Shown: positions 36,741-50,331 of the stretch, piece after piece
Layout: every line of letters begins with the position of its first letter
Position numbering within the stretch: position 1 is the stretch's first letter
NCBI GenBank assembly: GCA_001643675.2
Contig: LSRY02000020.1
Coordinates: 1,178,001 to 1,242,000 of the forward strand
Source of the DNA: Monocercomonoides exilis PA203
Taxonomy: Eukaryota; Protista; Preaxostyla
DNA: 64,000 nt
Direction of reading: 5' to 3'
Notes under the pieces: model-generated
Seen by the model: only the letters and a program-made list of their open reading frames with translations
Told to the model about the DNA's origin: nothing
Database searches by the model: none
Program-made: the position numbers and the translations under genes

Positions 36741-39700
36741 ATGCTAGGAGAAGCTCAATGGGACTTAAGCTCCAATTTTTATCTTCCTGTACAAATTTCA
36801 GAATGTTGTGCATTGTGTGAAACATTTGTTTGCTGGAGAAGATCTTGCAGTGATAAAGTTACTGCCTTAAATTATAAGAAAACATCCACCAAACCATTTG
36901 AGATAGCTTGCACTGGAGCTACAATAACGTGTATTACCTTTCTTGAATCGACACAAGAGTTTAATGAGAGTTCAATTACAGATGAACTTAAGCAGTGTGC
37001 AATTGATAAAAAGGATAACAGTCATAAAGAATCACATTCAAAAAATTCCTTTTCATCTTGTACCAAGTATCTGCTTCTTATTTCAACGTCAATTGGATTA
37101 TATGTTGTAAAATTGAATTCAAAGGAAGATAATGGAATTATCATGTCATCTCCGTCCTACGATTCACCACCATCCAAACTCGATGCAAATTTGAGCGGAT
37201 GTTCAATTATTTGTTGTGGAACTTGCCCACGAGGGCAGCTTGCAGCTTTTGGTCTTTCGTCATCAGTTGCTGTTATCGATATTCCTTCACAAAAAGTAGT
37301 GAATATTCTTTCAGGGCATGGTGGAGGAGCAGGAACAACCGGCGTATGCTTTTGCCCATCAAATCCAGATTGGCTTGCAACAACAGGTGATGACAGAACC
37401 GTTAGAATTTTAAGTATTAAACACGGATGCGTTCTATTTCACTCATCGGTTCTATCATCTTCGACAATATCCGTAATCACGTCATGCGGAGGATCAAGGC
37501 CATTCTTGGCAGCAGGAACACACGACGGACGCGTTATTGTTCTCGATCTGGAGCAAGATGACTACACAAGCAATACTTCAAGAGACACTACTTTATCTGA
37601 CGATGGAGAACTCATCTCACAAGACACAGATCTGTCGCAGCCGCATCTGCTCCGCTGCGTCGTGGCCCTGCGCTTCGACACCGCCCCACTGTTCTCGTCG
37701 CAGTGGGGCACGAAAGCGTCGCTGGGGGGCGGAGCAGAGCAGGCAGCGTCCTCCGCATTCGCTCCCACGCTGCTCTGTGGCAGTGCACACCCAGAAAGAG
37801 ACACACACCCAGCACATCTGAGGGAACTTGTGTTATTTGAGCGCGCAGAATCCGCCAAATCTGCTTCTGTTGCGGCCAGACGGCTGCCTCCAGTCACTGT
37901 CACCCTCAGCGACAGCAGCTCGGGCTCTTCTCAGGCCGAGCTTGTTGGCACACTCCCTGTCAAAACAGAGTCTACTGCAGACGCCTTCACACCACCAGTG
38001 CTCCTGCTCACTTTTGCCAGAGGCCCCTCTCTCACTTTGCTTGGCCCGCCTACTGTGATCATTGCGGTCACCACTGCAGGCATCGTCTCCCTCGACACGA
38101 TGAACCAGACACGCACTGTGCTCTGCACGTTTTGCTCTGATGCGCCTTCTTCTTCTTCTTCTTCCTCTTCCTCTTCTTCTGCTGCTGTTACTTCTCCCTC
38201 ATCTCTGTCACTTGTTGCAGCCTCATCAGCCTGCCTCTGTTTAGACAGCGAGTTGGATGGGAAGGTGCGTGTGTGTGTGGCAGCTGCTTTTCTGCCTGGT
38301 CTCCAGAGCATCACACTCACCCCAAGGTGCATGCCATCTGACGAGAAGAGAACTGATTTATCGTTCTGTCTGAATTCTGCTTCTGACTCTTCTTCTTCTT
38401 CTTCTTCTTTTCCCTCCACCTCTTCTTCCTCTTCCTCTTCCTCCCCTTCCTCTTCTTTCCTCTCCCAAGCCCCGTCCCTCCGCCACCGTCTCGTGGCTGC
38501 CGTTGCACAGAAGAACAAGTCCATGTCTTATGAGTCCCAGCCTTCCCTCAGAGCTCCCCCACGCACCACTTGCTTTGGCTCTGTTGTCGACAGACGCACC
38601 CCGCCGCTGAGGGACATGCCAGTCATGTTCCACTCGAAGATCAAGTCTTCCGGGTACGGCGCTGTCAGCAAGCCGTTCCGGAGAATCGGAGATAAACAGC
38701 CAAGAAGCACGGCTCGCTCAGCGTCAGCGGGAAGATTTGGATCTTCCTCTTCCTCTTCCTCTTCTTCAAATAGAAACTCTCACAACTCCATCGTCCATCA
38801 ACACTCTTCAAACAGCAACAGAAAAGCACCTTCACTCACAACACACCGCAGATCCTCTGCTGACAGCGACCAATCAGCCACACAACTGCTCATCCCTTCC
38901 CATCCATCATTCATCTATCCAACTGACTGCCCTGTCCCTTGCTCTCCCAGCGACGCTGTTTTGTTCAGGCGCCGTGGCGGTAGCGGAAGCAGCTGCCCAA
39001 TCCATCGCATTTGCTGGTCTCCAGACGGAATGCGCCTGGCGTGTGTCACTTCTGAAGGAAATCTGCAGATTACAGCACCGTTTCGAGCAATGCAGTGTTA
39101 TAATTCGAGCTATTCTTCATATTCTTCCTCATCTTCTTCTGCTTCAATTCCTCTGAGAGAATACAGTTCTTCTTCTTCTTCTATTTCCTCCTCTTCCTCT
39201 TCCTCTTCTTCCTCTTCTGCTTCTTCTTCAGCTGTTGATGGGAGCGACATCATAATTGAATCATTTCGCCACTCGTCTCCTATTCTCGATGCTAAATGGA
39301 GCTGCGGCGGAGTCCATGTCATCACAGCTGAGGCAGATGGAGTTCGTGTTTGGAGAACTATTTCATCATCATCATCATCTTCTTCTTCTTCTTCTTCCTC
39401 CTCCTCTTCTTACTCACTCTCTTCATTTTCTTCCTCTTCTTCTATTTCTGCCTCTTCTCGTGCTCTGAAATCTCTCTCTGTTCCTCTCTCTGCGCCTGGA
39501 ATGGTGCTCCGAATCGGAAACACTCTTCGAAGTCCAGCAAGTGAAGAGCTTCTTCCTTCTTCTTCTTCTTCTGTCTCATCTTCCCACACTCCTTCTCGTC
39601 CATCGCCTATGTTTGTTTCGCCAGCTGTTCAAAGGCAGAAACCTGCTTCACAAATAAGACCAGCCTCTCCTCGTGCCATCCGCCCACTCGACAAGAGAAG

Positions 39701-40772
39701 CATTGCTGCACATGCTGTTAATGCACCAAGATCCCATTCATCATCATCGTCATCATCTTCTTCTTTTTCTTCTGGTTCCTCCTCCTCCTCCTCCTCTTCT
39801 GCCAATTCTCCTCTTCGCCAAGTGTCATCTGCTTCTTTCTTCCGCAATGACAGTCTAATTCTCGTGGCAGAGCAGTCAAAACTTCGCTGCTATTCGTTTG
39901 TGCTCGGCGACGACGTCAGCTGCGGCGGAGATTTGGCCTCACAAAGAGAAGGCCGATATGAATGCCTCTGCTCTGCCTCACACCCGTCTGCTCAGAACAT
40001 CACTGCCATTGCGTGCCCAACATCCACTTTGTCCACTTTGTGTGTCGCTGCTGCCTCTGACCGCTCACTTTGCCTGTTTGACATAAACACAAGCAGAGCT
40101 ATAACAACCATTCCAGATGCTCATAACAGAAAAATCGCTGCTCTGACTGTTCCAGACGCCAATCCGTTTGTCAAATCTCCTGTTTCGATGCCTGATGTTT
40201 TTCTGTCGTCGTCCACAGACGCTGTGCGCTGCTGGGACATCCGCTGCCCGCTTCACGTGCCTGTTCTATGCCTCACTGCTCATTCACCCACGGCTGTCTC
40301 TGCAGCCGCTTTGGCGCTTTCTCCATGTTCTCGTTTTGTGTCCGTGGGGGGAAGTGACAATCGTGTGTGGATATACGATTTCCGCGCGAAAGCAGACTCA
40401 GTGCTGGTGGGCCATGCAGATGCAGTGAGCTCATTGGCGTGGTGTCCGACGCGTCCTTGCTTGGCGTCGGCGTCGCTCGATGGGACGGTGCAGATGTGGG
40501 GGGTGCTGGAGCAGATTGGGGGAAGAGTGAAGGTGAGGGAGGTGAGGAGAGCTAAGCCACCGCCGTCTGTGAGAGAGAAGGGGAAAGAGAAGGAGAACGA
40601 GAAGAAGAAAGTTGGGGTGAGTGGAAAGGAGAAGGAAGAGAAGGAAGAAGTGGAGGAAATGGAGGAGGTGGTAGATGAGTATTTTGAGGGAGAATATTTT
40701 GAAGGCGAGGAGAATGAAGAGGAAATGGACGATGTTGGAGAAATCACGTGGAACAAGGATTTCGAGAATTAA
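36741..40772 (+). CDS. WDR27: WD40-repeat protein, WDR27-like, with poly-Ser insertions (true start uncertain)
   Basis: WD repeats (GH...WLATTGDDRTVRI; SPCSRFVSVGGSDNRVWIYD; GHADAVSSLAWCP...ASLDGTV) plus the WDR27-type motif DMPVMFHSKIKSSGY. Confidence 0.75.
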   Translation: MLGEAQWDLSSNFYLPVQISECCALCETFVCWRRSCSDKVTALNYKKTSTKPFEIACTGATITCITFLESTQEFNESSITDELKQCAIDKKDNSHKESHSKNSFSSCTKYLLLISTSIGLYVVKLNSKEDNGIIMSSPSYDSPPSKLDANLSGCSIICCGTCPRGQLAAFGLSSSVAVIDIPSQKVVNILSGHGGGAGTTGVCFCPSNPDWLATTGDDRTVRILSIKHGCVLFHSSVLSSSTISVITSCGGSRPFLAAGTHDGRVIVLDLEQDDYTSNTSRDTTLSDDGELISQDTDLSQPHLLRCVVALRFDTAPLFSSQWGTKASLGGGAEQAASSAFAPTLLCGSAHPERDTHPAHLRELVLFERAESAKSASVAARRLPPVTVTLSDSSSGSSQAELVGTLPVKTESTADAFTPPVLLLTFARGPSLTLLGPPTVIIAVTTAGIVSLDTMNQTRTVLCTFCSDAPSSSSSSSSSSSAAVTSPSSLSLVAASSACLCLDSELDGKVRVCVAAAFLPGLQSITLTPRCMPSDEKRTDLSFCLNSASDSSSSSSSFPSTSSSSSSSSPSSSFLSQAPSLRHRLVAAVAQKNKSMSYESQPSLRAPPRTTCFGSVVDRRTPPLRDMPVMFHSKIKSSGYGAVSKPFRRIGDKQPRSTARSASAGRFGSSSSSSSSSNRNSHNSIVHQHSSNSNRKAPSLTTHRRSSADSDQSATQLLIPSHPSFIYPTDCPVPCSPSDAVLFRRRGGSGSSCPIHRICWSPDGMRLACVTSEGNLQITAPFRAMQCYNSSYSSYSSSSSSASIPLREYSSSSSSISSSSSSSSSSSASSSAVDGSDIIIESFRHSSPILDAKWSCGGVHVITAEADGVRVWRTISSSSSSSSSSSSSSSSYSLSSFSSSSSISASSRALKSLSVPLSAPGMVLRIGNTLRSPASEELLPSSSSSVSSSHTPSRPSPMFVSPAVQRQKPASQIRPASPRAIRPLDKRSIAAHAVNAPRSHSSSSSSSSSFSSGSSSSSSSSANSPLRQVSSASFFRNDSLILVAEQSKLRCYSFVLGDDVSCGGDLASQREGRYECLCSASHPSAQNITAIACPTSTLSTLCVAAASDRSLCLFDINTSRAITTIPDAHNRKIAALTVPDANPFVKSPVSMPDVFLSSSTDAVRCWDIRCPLHVPVLCLTAHSPTAVSAAALALSPCSRFVSVGGSDNRVWIYDFRAKADSVLVGHADAVSSLAWCPTRPCLASASLDGTVQMWGVLEQIGGRVKVREVRRAKPPPSVREKGKEKENEKKKVGVSGKEKEEKEEVEEMEEVVDEYFEGEYFEGEENEEEMDDVGEITWNKDFEN

Positions 40773-41026
40773 TCGGCTGAATGAAAATTACATAAAAATA
40801 CAAACATATACGACTTTCTATACACGCTAATCATAATTAATGCGTCGTTTTCTATTATAGAAGAAAAGAAGTGAATGCAAAATGAATTGAATTTCAGTGC
40901 TTAAAGAAACGATTACAATATTCAGAATTATATTGAAATCTGAATATTAAACATAGAAAATAAAAATAATAAAGAAAACTTAGCGAATAATAATCTGAAG
41001 TGGAAAAGACGAAATGTTAGATCATT

Positions 41027-42418
41027 TCAAAAACGAGGCGACGCTGCTTTCTGGTTCATCTCATCAAACATCGCATTTATGTGCTGGCTGAAGAACCTGT
41101 CTGAATGCAGCGAATGAGAAGAATCAAATGGAAGAAAGAACGGGTCTGAGTTGTCGCTTGATGGGATAAAGGAAGAAGCTGATGATGATGATGATGATGG
41201 CATCGGAGCAAAGTCTTGTGGCTGGTACAATTTCTGCTGTTGTAGTAGTTCAGAGGAAGGAATGAGCACGTCTGTGAAAGACGGGGGCTGCATCAGCTCA
41301 GAATTGAATGTTGTGCTTTCAATGTTATTACTGTTAATGTTTCCATCAACACTTGTCCCGAAGCTGTCTGAAGAAAGTTCTGGTGCAAAAAGAGGGCGTG
41401 AGCGAGACAAAGCGGTTGCAGCGCGTGAACGGCGAGGTATTCCGAGGGAAGTTGTGGGCGCGTCTGAAGATGAGCTTGATGGTGATGAAGACGCAGATGA
41501 ATACGAAGATGAAGGTGAGTCAGAGGCTGAGGAATAAGGGGATGATAGTGAAGATGAATAAGGAGAAGGAGAGGAAGAAGAATAAGGTGATGATGAAGAT
41601 GAAGAAGATGATGATGTAGAAAGAGAAGAAGAAAGACTTTGACGAGCTGACGAAGCAGAATTCGGAGAAGACCTGGAAGAAGAAGAAGAAGAAGAAGTGG
41701 AAGACTTTGATGGACTTGATTTTGTTGATCCAGAGAGATATGAAGAACCCTCAGAAGATAGAGAAGAAGAGGAAGAGGAAGAGGAGGATGAAGGTGAAGG
41801 GGTCACAGAGGAGAGCTTTGATGCCACTCGAGAAGACATTTTGATTGTTGAAGATTGCCTTTGAGAGGCTGGAATTGTTTCTCTCTCATCATAGAAGAAT
41901 GATGGCGTTGAAACTTTTGCTGGAGTTTTTGCTTCTGGACCCGTGGAGGAGTCGGGAAGATTTTGAGTCACAGGCTCTTTGTGGCTTTCTGTGGGAGTTT
42001 TTGGTTCATTGAGGATTGAACTGTTACTATCTCGTGCATATACCAATTGCCCTTGTTCAAGAGCTATTTTTCGTTGGCGAAGATAAATTTCTGCATCTTG
42101 CCCAGGACGGTGTGGAGCTATGGTGTTGGGGGATTGAAGGATGTGTGGCGCAATTGTTGTTATTGACTTAAATTTGTTTGCTGCAGCCTAAATTTGTTAC
42201 AAAGGCAAATTTTTGTTAAATTTGAAGAAAATTGTAAAAAACACCTGACGCTCTTCCTTTTCTTTTGCTTTTTTTGCAGAAGTTGTTCTCAGCAACGATG
42301 CTTTAATTAAATATTTTCTTTATGAAGCAAATACAAATTAACATTGAAAACCTTCAAGCCAATTATTTAATAAACAAAGCAATAATAAAATAGAAGTATG
42401 AAAATGCCTGTTTGGCAT
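41027..42418 (-). CDS. Hypothetical secreted Ser/Pro-rich protein, 3 exons
   Basis: MPNRHFHTSILLLLLCLLNNWLE (signal-like). Two short GT-AG introns join in frame to ORF 41027..42046. Confidence 0.6.
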
Positions 42419-43125
42419 ATTTAAAAAAAGCCTTCAAGAAATTATTGTTGATATGAATTGTAGGCAAGAACCAATATGAAAACAAAAAATATACAAAAAC
42501 ATTTCAATGCTTATCCAACAGCAAACACAAAAGAATAGAATATCTTAAATGGTACAAATACAAATGAAGAATATGCAAAGAGTAATAATGCGTTTCATTG
42601 CATCTTCCTTCTTCAAATCTTCAAAGAAGAATATTGATCGAAAACATTATAGATTATCATTGCTTTTCCATATGAAAATTTCTCGCTTCAAAACAAAAGT
42701 GATCTTCATATGACTAATTTATTAGCATCAATTTGTTTGGTTATAGAATAAACATTGAATAAGAATAAAAAACCACTGATGAATATTTAAATAAACAAAC
42801 AAAAAATAACTATTAATAAATAAAAGACAGTTCAATTTATTAATCGAATTTTTAAACAAAAGTTCCACGAAGCTTTATTTTATTTTTGAATAATTCCGCT
42901 TTCGATTTCAAAATTCATTTTTAGTTTTTCAGATCCAATTCATAATAAATATCTTGCAATAAAATTTTGCTAAAAAATTGGATATATACAATTTAAACAC
43001 TTTAAAAAGAAATTTATTTAAATATACAATCAAAGGCTTAGCATTGCTCTGAAAAGTGTGAAGAACTTCTTCATTTTGTTAACGAATAAAATTTTTGCTC
43101 TTTTAATTGTGAAAGTTGAAAATCA

Positions 43126-46100
43126 ATGGATGCTAACGATCAATATTCGGATGAGGTAATATCTAGCTTAATAATAACGCATTTCCTTCATTTTGGACTT
43201 GCAGGTTTTGCCTTCCTTTCCTTGATATTTTTAAAATTTGATAATATTCATTCGTCTTGGATACAAGGAATTATATTGGTCATTCTTTGCATGATTGTTT
43301 TATCATTCACAAAATTTGACCTTTCTCTTCTTCCAAATTTGTTTGCATCCTTGTCAATTCGACGAATTCTTTGCATTTCTGGAAATCATGCAAAGCTTGT
43401 GGCTTACATATGGGCTGCTTTGTATTTCATTGTTTCACTTTGTGGAATAGTTTTATTTTTACTATGGGGAGTATTTGTATGTATTGTTTTTGTTGTGAGG
43501 AAGAATATTTTTTTGAATCTTTAACTCTAATCTATCTTCAATTTTTGATATAATCAGTGTATCATTGAAATACCAGAGACACGAGTTGGAATTTCAGTCC
43601 TTTTATTGTCTATTGCTGTGATTTTATTTGTGTACGGAGTCTGTCGATGGGTGTCGGTGGAATGCCAGCTGATAGCAACTGTGATTGCTCCATTCCTTCT
43701 TTCAGCGGTTCTTGTTCTGGCAACATTTTTTGTGAATGTATTTTTGATGCGCCCGTTGTCACTATCAGCGCTTTCTTGGGTGTATTTACTGTGGGAAGTG
43801 CTCTTGCCCTCATACATCATCTTCTTTATTTCACGCTCACCAAAGACATCTCCTTCACAGTTTCTCTCTGAAAAGACCAATTTGCACCGAAATTCCTCCA
43901 AAAACAAGTTCTCTTTGCATCTTCTGTTTAAGCCCCGTTCTTCTGGAAACAAGTTCTGGATCGCTTTTATTTTGCAGATCTTGTCTATTGCACTGCTATT
44001 TGTCTATGGTGTTTTGTCTTATTTGTTCACAGACAACAACACGAATGTTGGCATATTCCACGCGATATTTCTTTCTGTCATTGACACACTGTCCATCTTA
44101 GTGGCTGCTTCATCTCCAACAACGTCGTATTTTTTCCCGATTTTCCTGTCATTCTCACTTCTTGCCACGAGGGCGTTTATATCAATTGGAGGCGAAAGAT
44201 ATTGGTTTCTGTCACATTGTGTTGCGTTTGTGGTTAACTTGATCATTTATTCGCTGAGTCTTGTCGTGCTGATGGTGAAAGAAGGGACGCGGAGCCAGAA
44301 GAGAGATATCAAGACACTTGTTGAGCACGTGCGGAAGGAAAGAGAGAAGGAGAAAGAGAAAAACAAGAAGGAAAACGATGAAAAGGATGGTGAAGAACAA
44401 AATGAAGAGAAAGAAAAAGAAAGCGAAGATTACAAAAACAATAAAGATTCATCATCATCATCATCTTCTTCTTCTTCCTTTTCGTCTTCTCATCCAAAAT
44501 TGTCAAAAATTCTTTCGAAAATCAAAAAACTGTTCTTTTTGCAGCATTCGATGATTATTTTTCTTTTTGTCTTTTTCGCAATTGAAACCATCATTGTCTT
44601 AGTCTTTTCTCTTATCTCATCACATCATTCATCAACATCATCAGCATCATCATCTTCTTCTTTATCTTCCTCTTCCTCTTCATCCTTATCATCAAAATCA
44701 GCTGATATAAACACAAACACGCTTTCACATCGTTTCACTTCATCACTTCCTTCTTCTTCTTCTTCTTCCTCCTCTTCCTTTTCATCATCATCATCATCAT
44801 CATCATCATCTTCTTCTTCTTCTTCCTTTTCCTCCTCCTCCTCCTCCTCTTCTCCTTCTTCCTCCTCCTTCGATTCCATCTCCAAAGCCGTTCTCTCCAT
44901 CCTCCCTCCAATCCCCACGTTCATTCCATATTTATCCTTCCTCTCTTTCTCCTCCACAGACACTCCAATCCATTCTGCTGCTTATAAAATTCCGCAGTTC
45001 GAATTTGGTGTTATGTCTATTTGGCTGGGCGTGTGCATTGTGCTGGCGATTGCAGGGATACGCTTGCTTATCAAGGAAGAATACCACTTCACAAAAAAGG
45101 TTTGATTGATTTTTTTATTTTAGAAAATTACTTCTTTTCTTTTCTTTTCTTTGCTTTGCTTTTCTTTTATTTCTCTTTTTATCTTTCTCGTTTTTATCTT
45201 TCTCGTTTTTCTTTTTTCTTTTCTCTTTTTTCTTCTCTTTCTTCTCTCATTCTTCCTCCCCCCCCCCCCCCCCCCCCCTTTTTTTTTTTTTTTTTTTTCT
45301 CGTCAGTCATTCCTTCTTATCATTTCTTCTCTCATCCTCGTGGAGTTATATTCTGGTTATTCCTACTTTCGCCTCCGTTCATTTGTCATCTTTGCTACTT
45401 TGTGCTGCCTCCCCATCATCATCGTCCTATTCGTGGCTCTCATTGTTGAGCTTAAGAGAAATTCATATGGTTTGCTTCAATTCATGTCATTTATTTTGTT
45501 TTATTTATTTTATTTTATTTTGATTTATTCTTATTCTAATTTTTCATAAATCTTTCTGTTATTTCTTGGAAATTTCTTGTTATGTTTTCAAAAAAAATAC
45601 ACGTGATAATTGGATCAATTAACAACTTCTTCCCAATTTAATCCTTTCTGTGCTCTGTTTAATTAAAAATTTCCTCAGCTTTCATCACATTTCCCGATTC
45701 TGATCTAAACGCTCCACCTTTATCTGATTCTTCTTCTTCTTCTTCTTCTTCCTCCTCCTCCTCCTCTTCTTCTCCTTCCTGTTTTTCCTCTCTTTGCTCC
45801 TCTATCGCCTCGTTCTTCCATCATTCCAAGCTTTTCTTCTGCGGACAAGCCAACAAACTTTCTTATGTCATTTTGCTTCTCCTCTTTCTTCTTCTCATCG
45901 TCTTTGGCACTTTCATGGCTCTTCTCATGCTCTTTTCATGTTCTGTCATCCATTCTGATAGTTGGCGTCTGACTGCACTTCAAATAAGTTCGAGTTCTTC
46001 TTCTTCTGCTTCTGCTTCTTCTTCTTCCTTCTCATTATCATCATTATCATCTCCCTCTTCCTCTTCCTCTTCCTCTCCCTCTTCCTCTCCCTCTCCCTCA

Positions 46101-47304
46101 TCCTCCTTCTTCTCTCTCCTCTTCGGCACGATCTACAGCTTCGCCATCGGCGAGCTCATCCTCTTCATCCTCTGCTCATTTCTTTATTTCAACACGTTTT
46201 CTCTCAAAAATCAACCTTTTCTGATTCTTTTTCTCGCTCTCACTTTGCTTTACCCTGTGGCTGTCTTCGTTTTGCTTGTCACTCACAACATTTCTCCGGA
46301 AGATTCTGTATTGTATTTGGAAGGAAGGTTATCAGATAATAATAAAAATAATAATGTTGTTGATGATGCTTCGAGTTTTCATTCAATGGATTTGGCTTCA
46401 TCGTCTTCTTCATCGTCGTCATTTTCATTATCATTATCATCGTCTTCTTCTCTTTCTTCTCCTTCCTCTTCCTCTTCCTCTTCTTCCTCCTCTTCTTCTC
46501 CTTCTCCTCCTCCTCCTTCTTCCTTCTATCTCTCAACCATATGTATCCCTCTTTGCATCGTTCTCGCCCTTCCTGCTCTGTTTATGCTGATCACCTCTTT
46601 CCTTCTCCACCACAGCAATCACCACAAACTTACCTTTTCTTCAGTCTTCTTCTTCTTTTTCTCTGTCATTTTGCTTATTTTATTAGGTTTTCTGCTAATT
46701 TTCCGTGTTTCTGACTTCAGCTTCATTCTTCCTTCAACAAACAAAGCCAAAGAAGCAGAAAACAGTCAAATAAACTCGTTTTCCTTTGATTATTATGTGC
46801 TTGCGGGCGTTTCTCTGATTGTTGTGGCGGTTTTGCTGATATTCGGTGCATTTTGCTTGCACAGATGGCTTAAGCATAACTATACGGCTGATAAGGTGTG
46901 GAGGAGGTGGTTGAAAGAGAATGGGGACAAAATATATGAATTTTTTCTTTTCTTTCTTTTTGTTTGTTTGCTTTGTCAAAGCTGTTATCGTCAATCATTT
47001 TGGTTGACACGATATTTATTTACATTTTTATTCAAACTTCATCATATTTCTAAAATTTTCAAATTCTTTTTCTTTTTCTTTTCTCCCTCCCTCTCTCTCT
47101 CTCTCTTTCCCATCAGTTAACCTTCACCATCCTCATCCTCATCTGCATTGCCATCTTCGTTGGAGGCATTGTTTTGTCTGTCTTCCAAAAATCATATTTT
47201 TTGGGCTTTACAACAATCGATTTATTGGTTGTGTTCGTGTGCTTTGTCACTGGAATAGCTGAAATCGTGAAGCTGGTGAAGTTTGCTATAAAATATGGAT
47301 TATT

Positions 47305-47335
<31 letters not shown>

Positions 47336-48571
47336 TTTTTCACATTGTTTTATAAATTTCGTTATTATCATCGAAATCTTCATCATTATATTTCTTTTTC
47401 TTTTCTTCTTTTCTTCTTCTTTCTTCTGTCTATCCATAAATCCCCTTTAACCACCTAACCCTCCTTCCCCCTTCCCTTCTCTTCCCTTCTCTTCCATTCC
47501 CTTTCCTTTTTCCCCCTCTTCCCTTCCAGTTCCTCCTACTCCTTCCTCTTCTCCCCCACCATCTTCCCCATCTTCACCTTCTCCCCTTCCTCTCTCTCCA
47601 TCCAAAACACCTCTTTCTCCTTCCAGTTCCTCCTCCTCTCCCTCATCGGCGTTATTGTCTGGGGAATTATCGCTACCATCTTCATCACCCCTCTTTCTTT
47701 GGGCCTTTCTTTCTCTTCTCTTTCGTTCATGTGCTTCTTTTTGCTGCTTTTGTCGCTTTTGTACTCGTCTTTGATCGATTTCTCAGACGATGTGGCATTT
47801 CTTGAAGGACATAACATTGAGGCTTATATCAAAATCGTGTGTTTTATTTTATTTTGCTTATTTATTTTATTTTATTTTTATTTTTTCATTTTTGGATGGA
47901 ATATTTTATTGTTTATTTGTATTGCATATTTGAAAAAAATGTTAATAAAATGCATTTTCAAATATACCAAACGAAACAAAAACTATTTATTTTTTTCATT
48001 TGTGATATGATTTTGGCATCTTCATATTCATCAAATGTTTCTTTTCTTTTTTTTTTTCTTTCTTTTTCACTTTTTTTCTTTTTTTCTTTTTCACTTTTTT
48101 TCTTTTTTGCTTTTTGCTTTTCTTTTATTTTTTTAACCTTTCCTTCTCCCCCTTTTCCCCATTCAGGCCGAATCTCAAGAACTTGGTCGGTTTTACACCG
48201 ATTCTATTGATCTCCCCCTCCATCTGCTGAACAAAGAAGAGAGAAACGAGAGGGAAAGGCTGCTTGAAGAATATCACATGCTTGTGAATGAGCTGATGAT
48301 GTGTGAAGATGTGAATGATGATGAAGAAGGGCTGGAAGATTTGGAAGAGGTAGAAGGAGAAGGAGAAGGAGAAGGAGAAGGAGAAGGAGGAGGAAGAGGA
48401 GGAGGAAGAAGAGGAGAAGGAAAAGAAGATAATGATAATGAAAATGATAAAGAAGAAGAAAGAGGAAAAAACAAAGAAAAAATGAATGCAAAGACAAATG
48501 AAAAAAAGAAATTGCATCTCAAAACAGATTCTTCTGCTTCTGAAGCATTGTCAATACCAATTTCTTCTTCT

Positions 48572-48609
<38 letters not shown>

Positions 48610-50299
48610 TTCCTCCTCATCTTCTTCTTCTTCACATAAACCTTCTCAATCATCACCATCATCATTTTCTTCCTCCTCCTTCTCTTCTTCTTCAGATTTA
48701 CCTCCACCTCCACCACCTCCTCCTGTTTCCCCTCTTCTTCCCTCTCATCATCCTTCTTCATCTGCTCCTTCTCCTTTACGTCGATCAATATCAACTTCAT
48801 CTTCATCTTCTTCTTCCTCCTCCTCCTCCTCTTCTTCTTTCTCTTCTCCTCTTTCCTTTTCTTCAGACCAACCTCTTCCATTCGCTTCTTCCTCTGCCTC
48901 TTCTTCCACACCTCGCCGTTCTGCTTCAATTTCTTCTTCGCCTTCTTCTCTTCGCCGTTTGGCGTCTGTTGATCTCTCACACAGACAAAAATCGAGAAAA
49001 TATTCGGTTTCTTCTTCTTCTTCTTCTCCTTTAGCTACTCCAACACATTCTCCTTCTTCTTCTCTATCTTCTTCTTCCTCCTCTTCTTCTTCGCCATTGC
49101 AAAATCAACCTCATCAAAGATATGGTTCGAAGCTGTCACAAAGTGAGAAATCGAACGAGGAGGAGGAAGAAGAGGAAGAAGAGGAAGGAGAAGAAAATAA
49201 CGACAAAAATATGAAATCAAAGAAAACAAAAGAAAAAAGCACGAAAAACAAACAAGTTAACATACAAAGCGGTGATGGTGTTAGCATCGTTAATTATGAT
49301 AGAAACAATATGCAATCTGAAATTGAAGAAGAAAGAGAAAGAGAAAGAGAAAGAGAAAGAGGAAGAGGAAGAGAAGAAGAGGAAGAAGAAGACAAAACAT
49401 TGATGTGGGAAACAGAAAACGATCTCAAAGAGAAAATCAGCTTTTTGCGGAAAGAATTGAAGAAGATTAAGTTTATACAGAAGAAGAAGCAGGAAACGAG
49501 AGGTTTGATTGTATCAGCTGCAGATTTGGAGGAGACTAGAAAAGAAGAAGAAGAAGAAGAAGAAGACAGAGAAAGAGGAGAAAGAGAAAGAGGAGAAAGA
49601 GAAAGAGAAGGAGATGTTACTGTTGCAGCAGTTGAAGAAAAGAAGAAAGGAGAAATTGAAATGCAAACACAAACACAATCTGAATCATCTGGTTTGCCTT
49701 CACTTTCTCCATCTTCTCGGACTCCTTCTCAACAACAAAAGAAAGAACAACAACAAAACATTCAGTCAGAAGATGCAACTTCATCATCATCATCATCATC
49801 ATCTTCTTCTTCTGCTTCTTCGAATAGCAATTCAAAAAAGACTAATGATGCACTTGTAACTCCTGTGCATGATAATTCTCCTTCTTCTGCTTCGACTTCT
49901 TCTACAACTTCTGAAAAATTACCTCAAAAACAAGAAGATTCTTCGTCATCATCGTCTTCTTCTACCTCTTCCTCTTCTTCTTCCCAAGCTCCTCCTTCTT
50001 CGCGTGGCTGGATCAATTCACTAGTCAAATCCTCTCTCAGTTGGATGGGCTCTTTTGTGAAGATGATTCCTGTTCCTTCTTCTCCTTCTCCTTCTCCTTC
50101 ATCATCATCATCATCATCATCATCTTCTTCTTCTTCTTCAGCTATTGTTGATGAAAATGCTAACAACAAACAGAATGAAGAAACAAACAATAATTCTTCA
50201 TCGTCTTCTTCATCTTCCTCCTCTCTTCCTTCTCCTCCTTCTTCCCCTCCTCCTCTTCCTCCTTCTCCCACTATTACTCCTCCTCCTCCTCCACCACCT

Positions 50300-50331
<32 letters not shown>

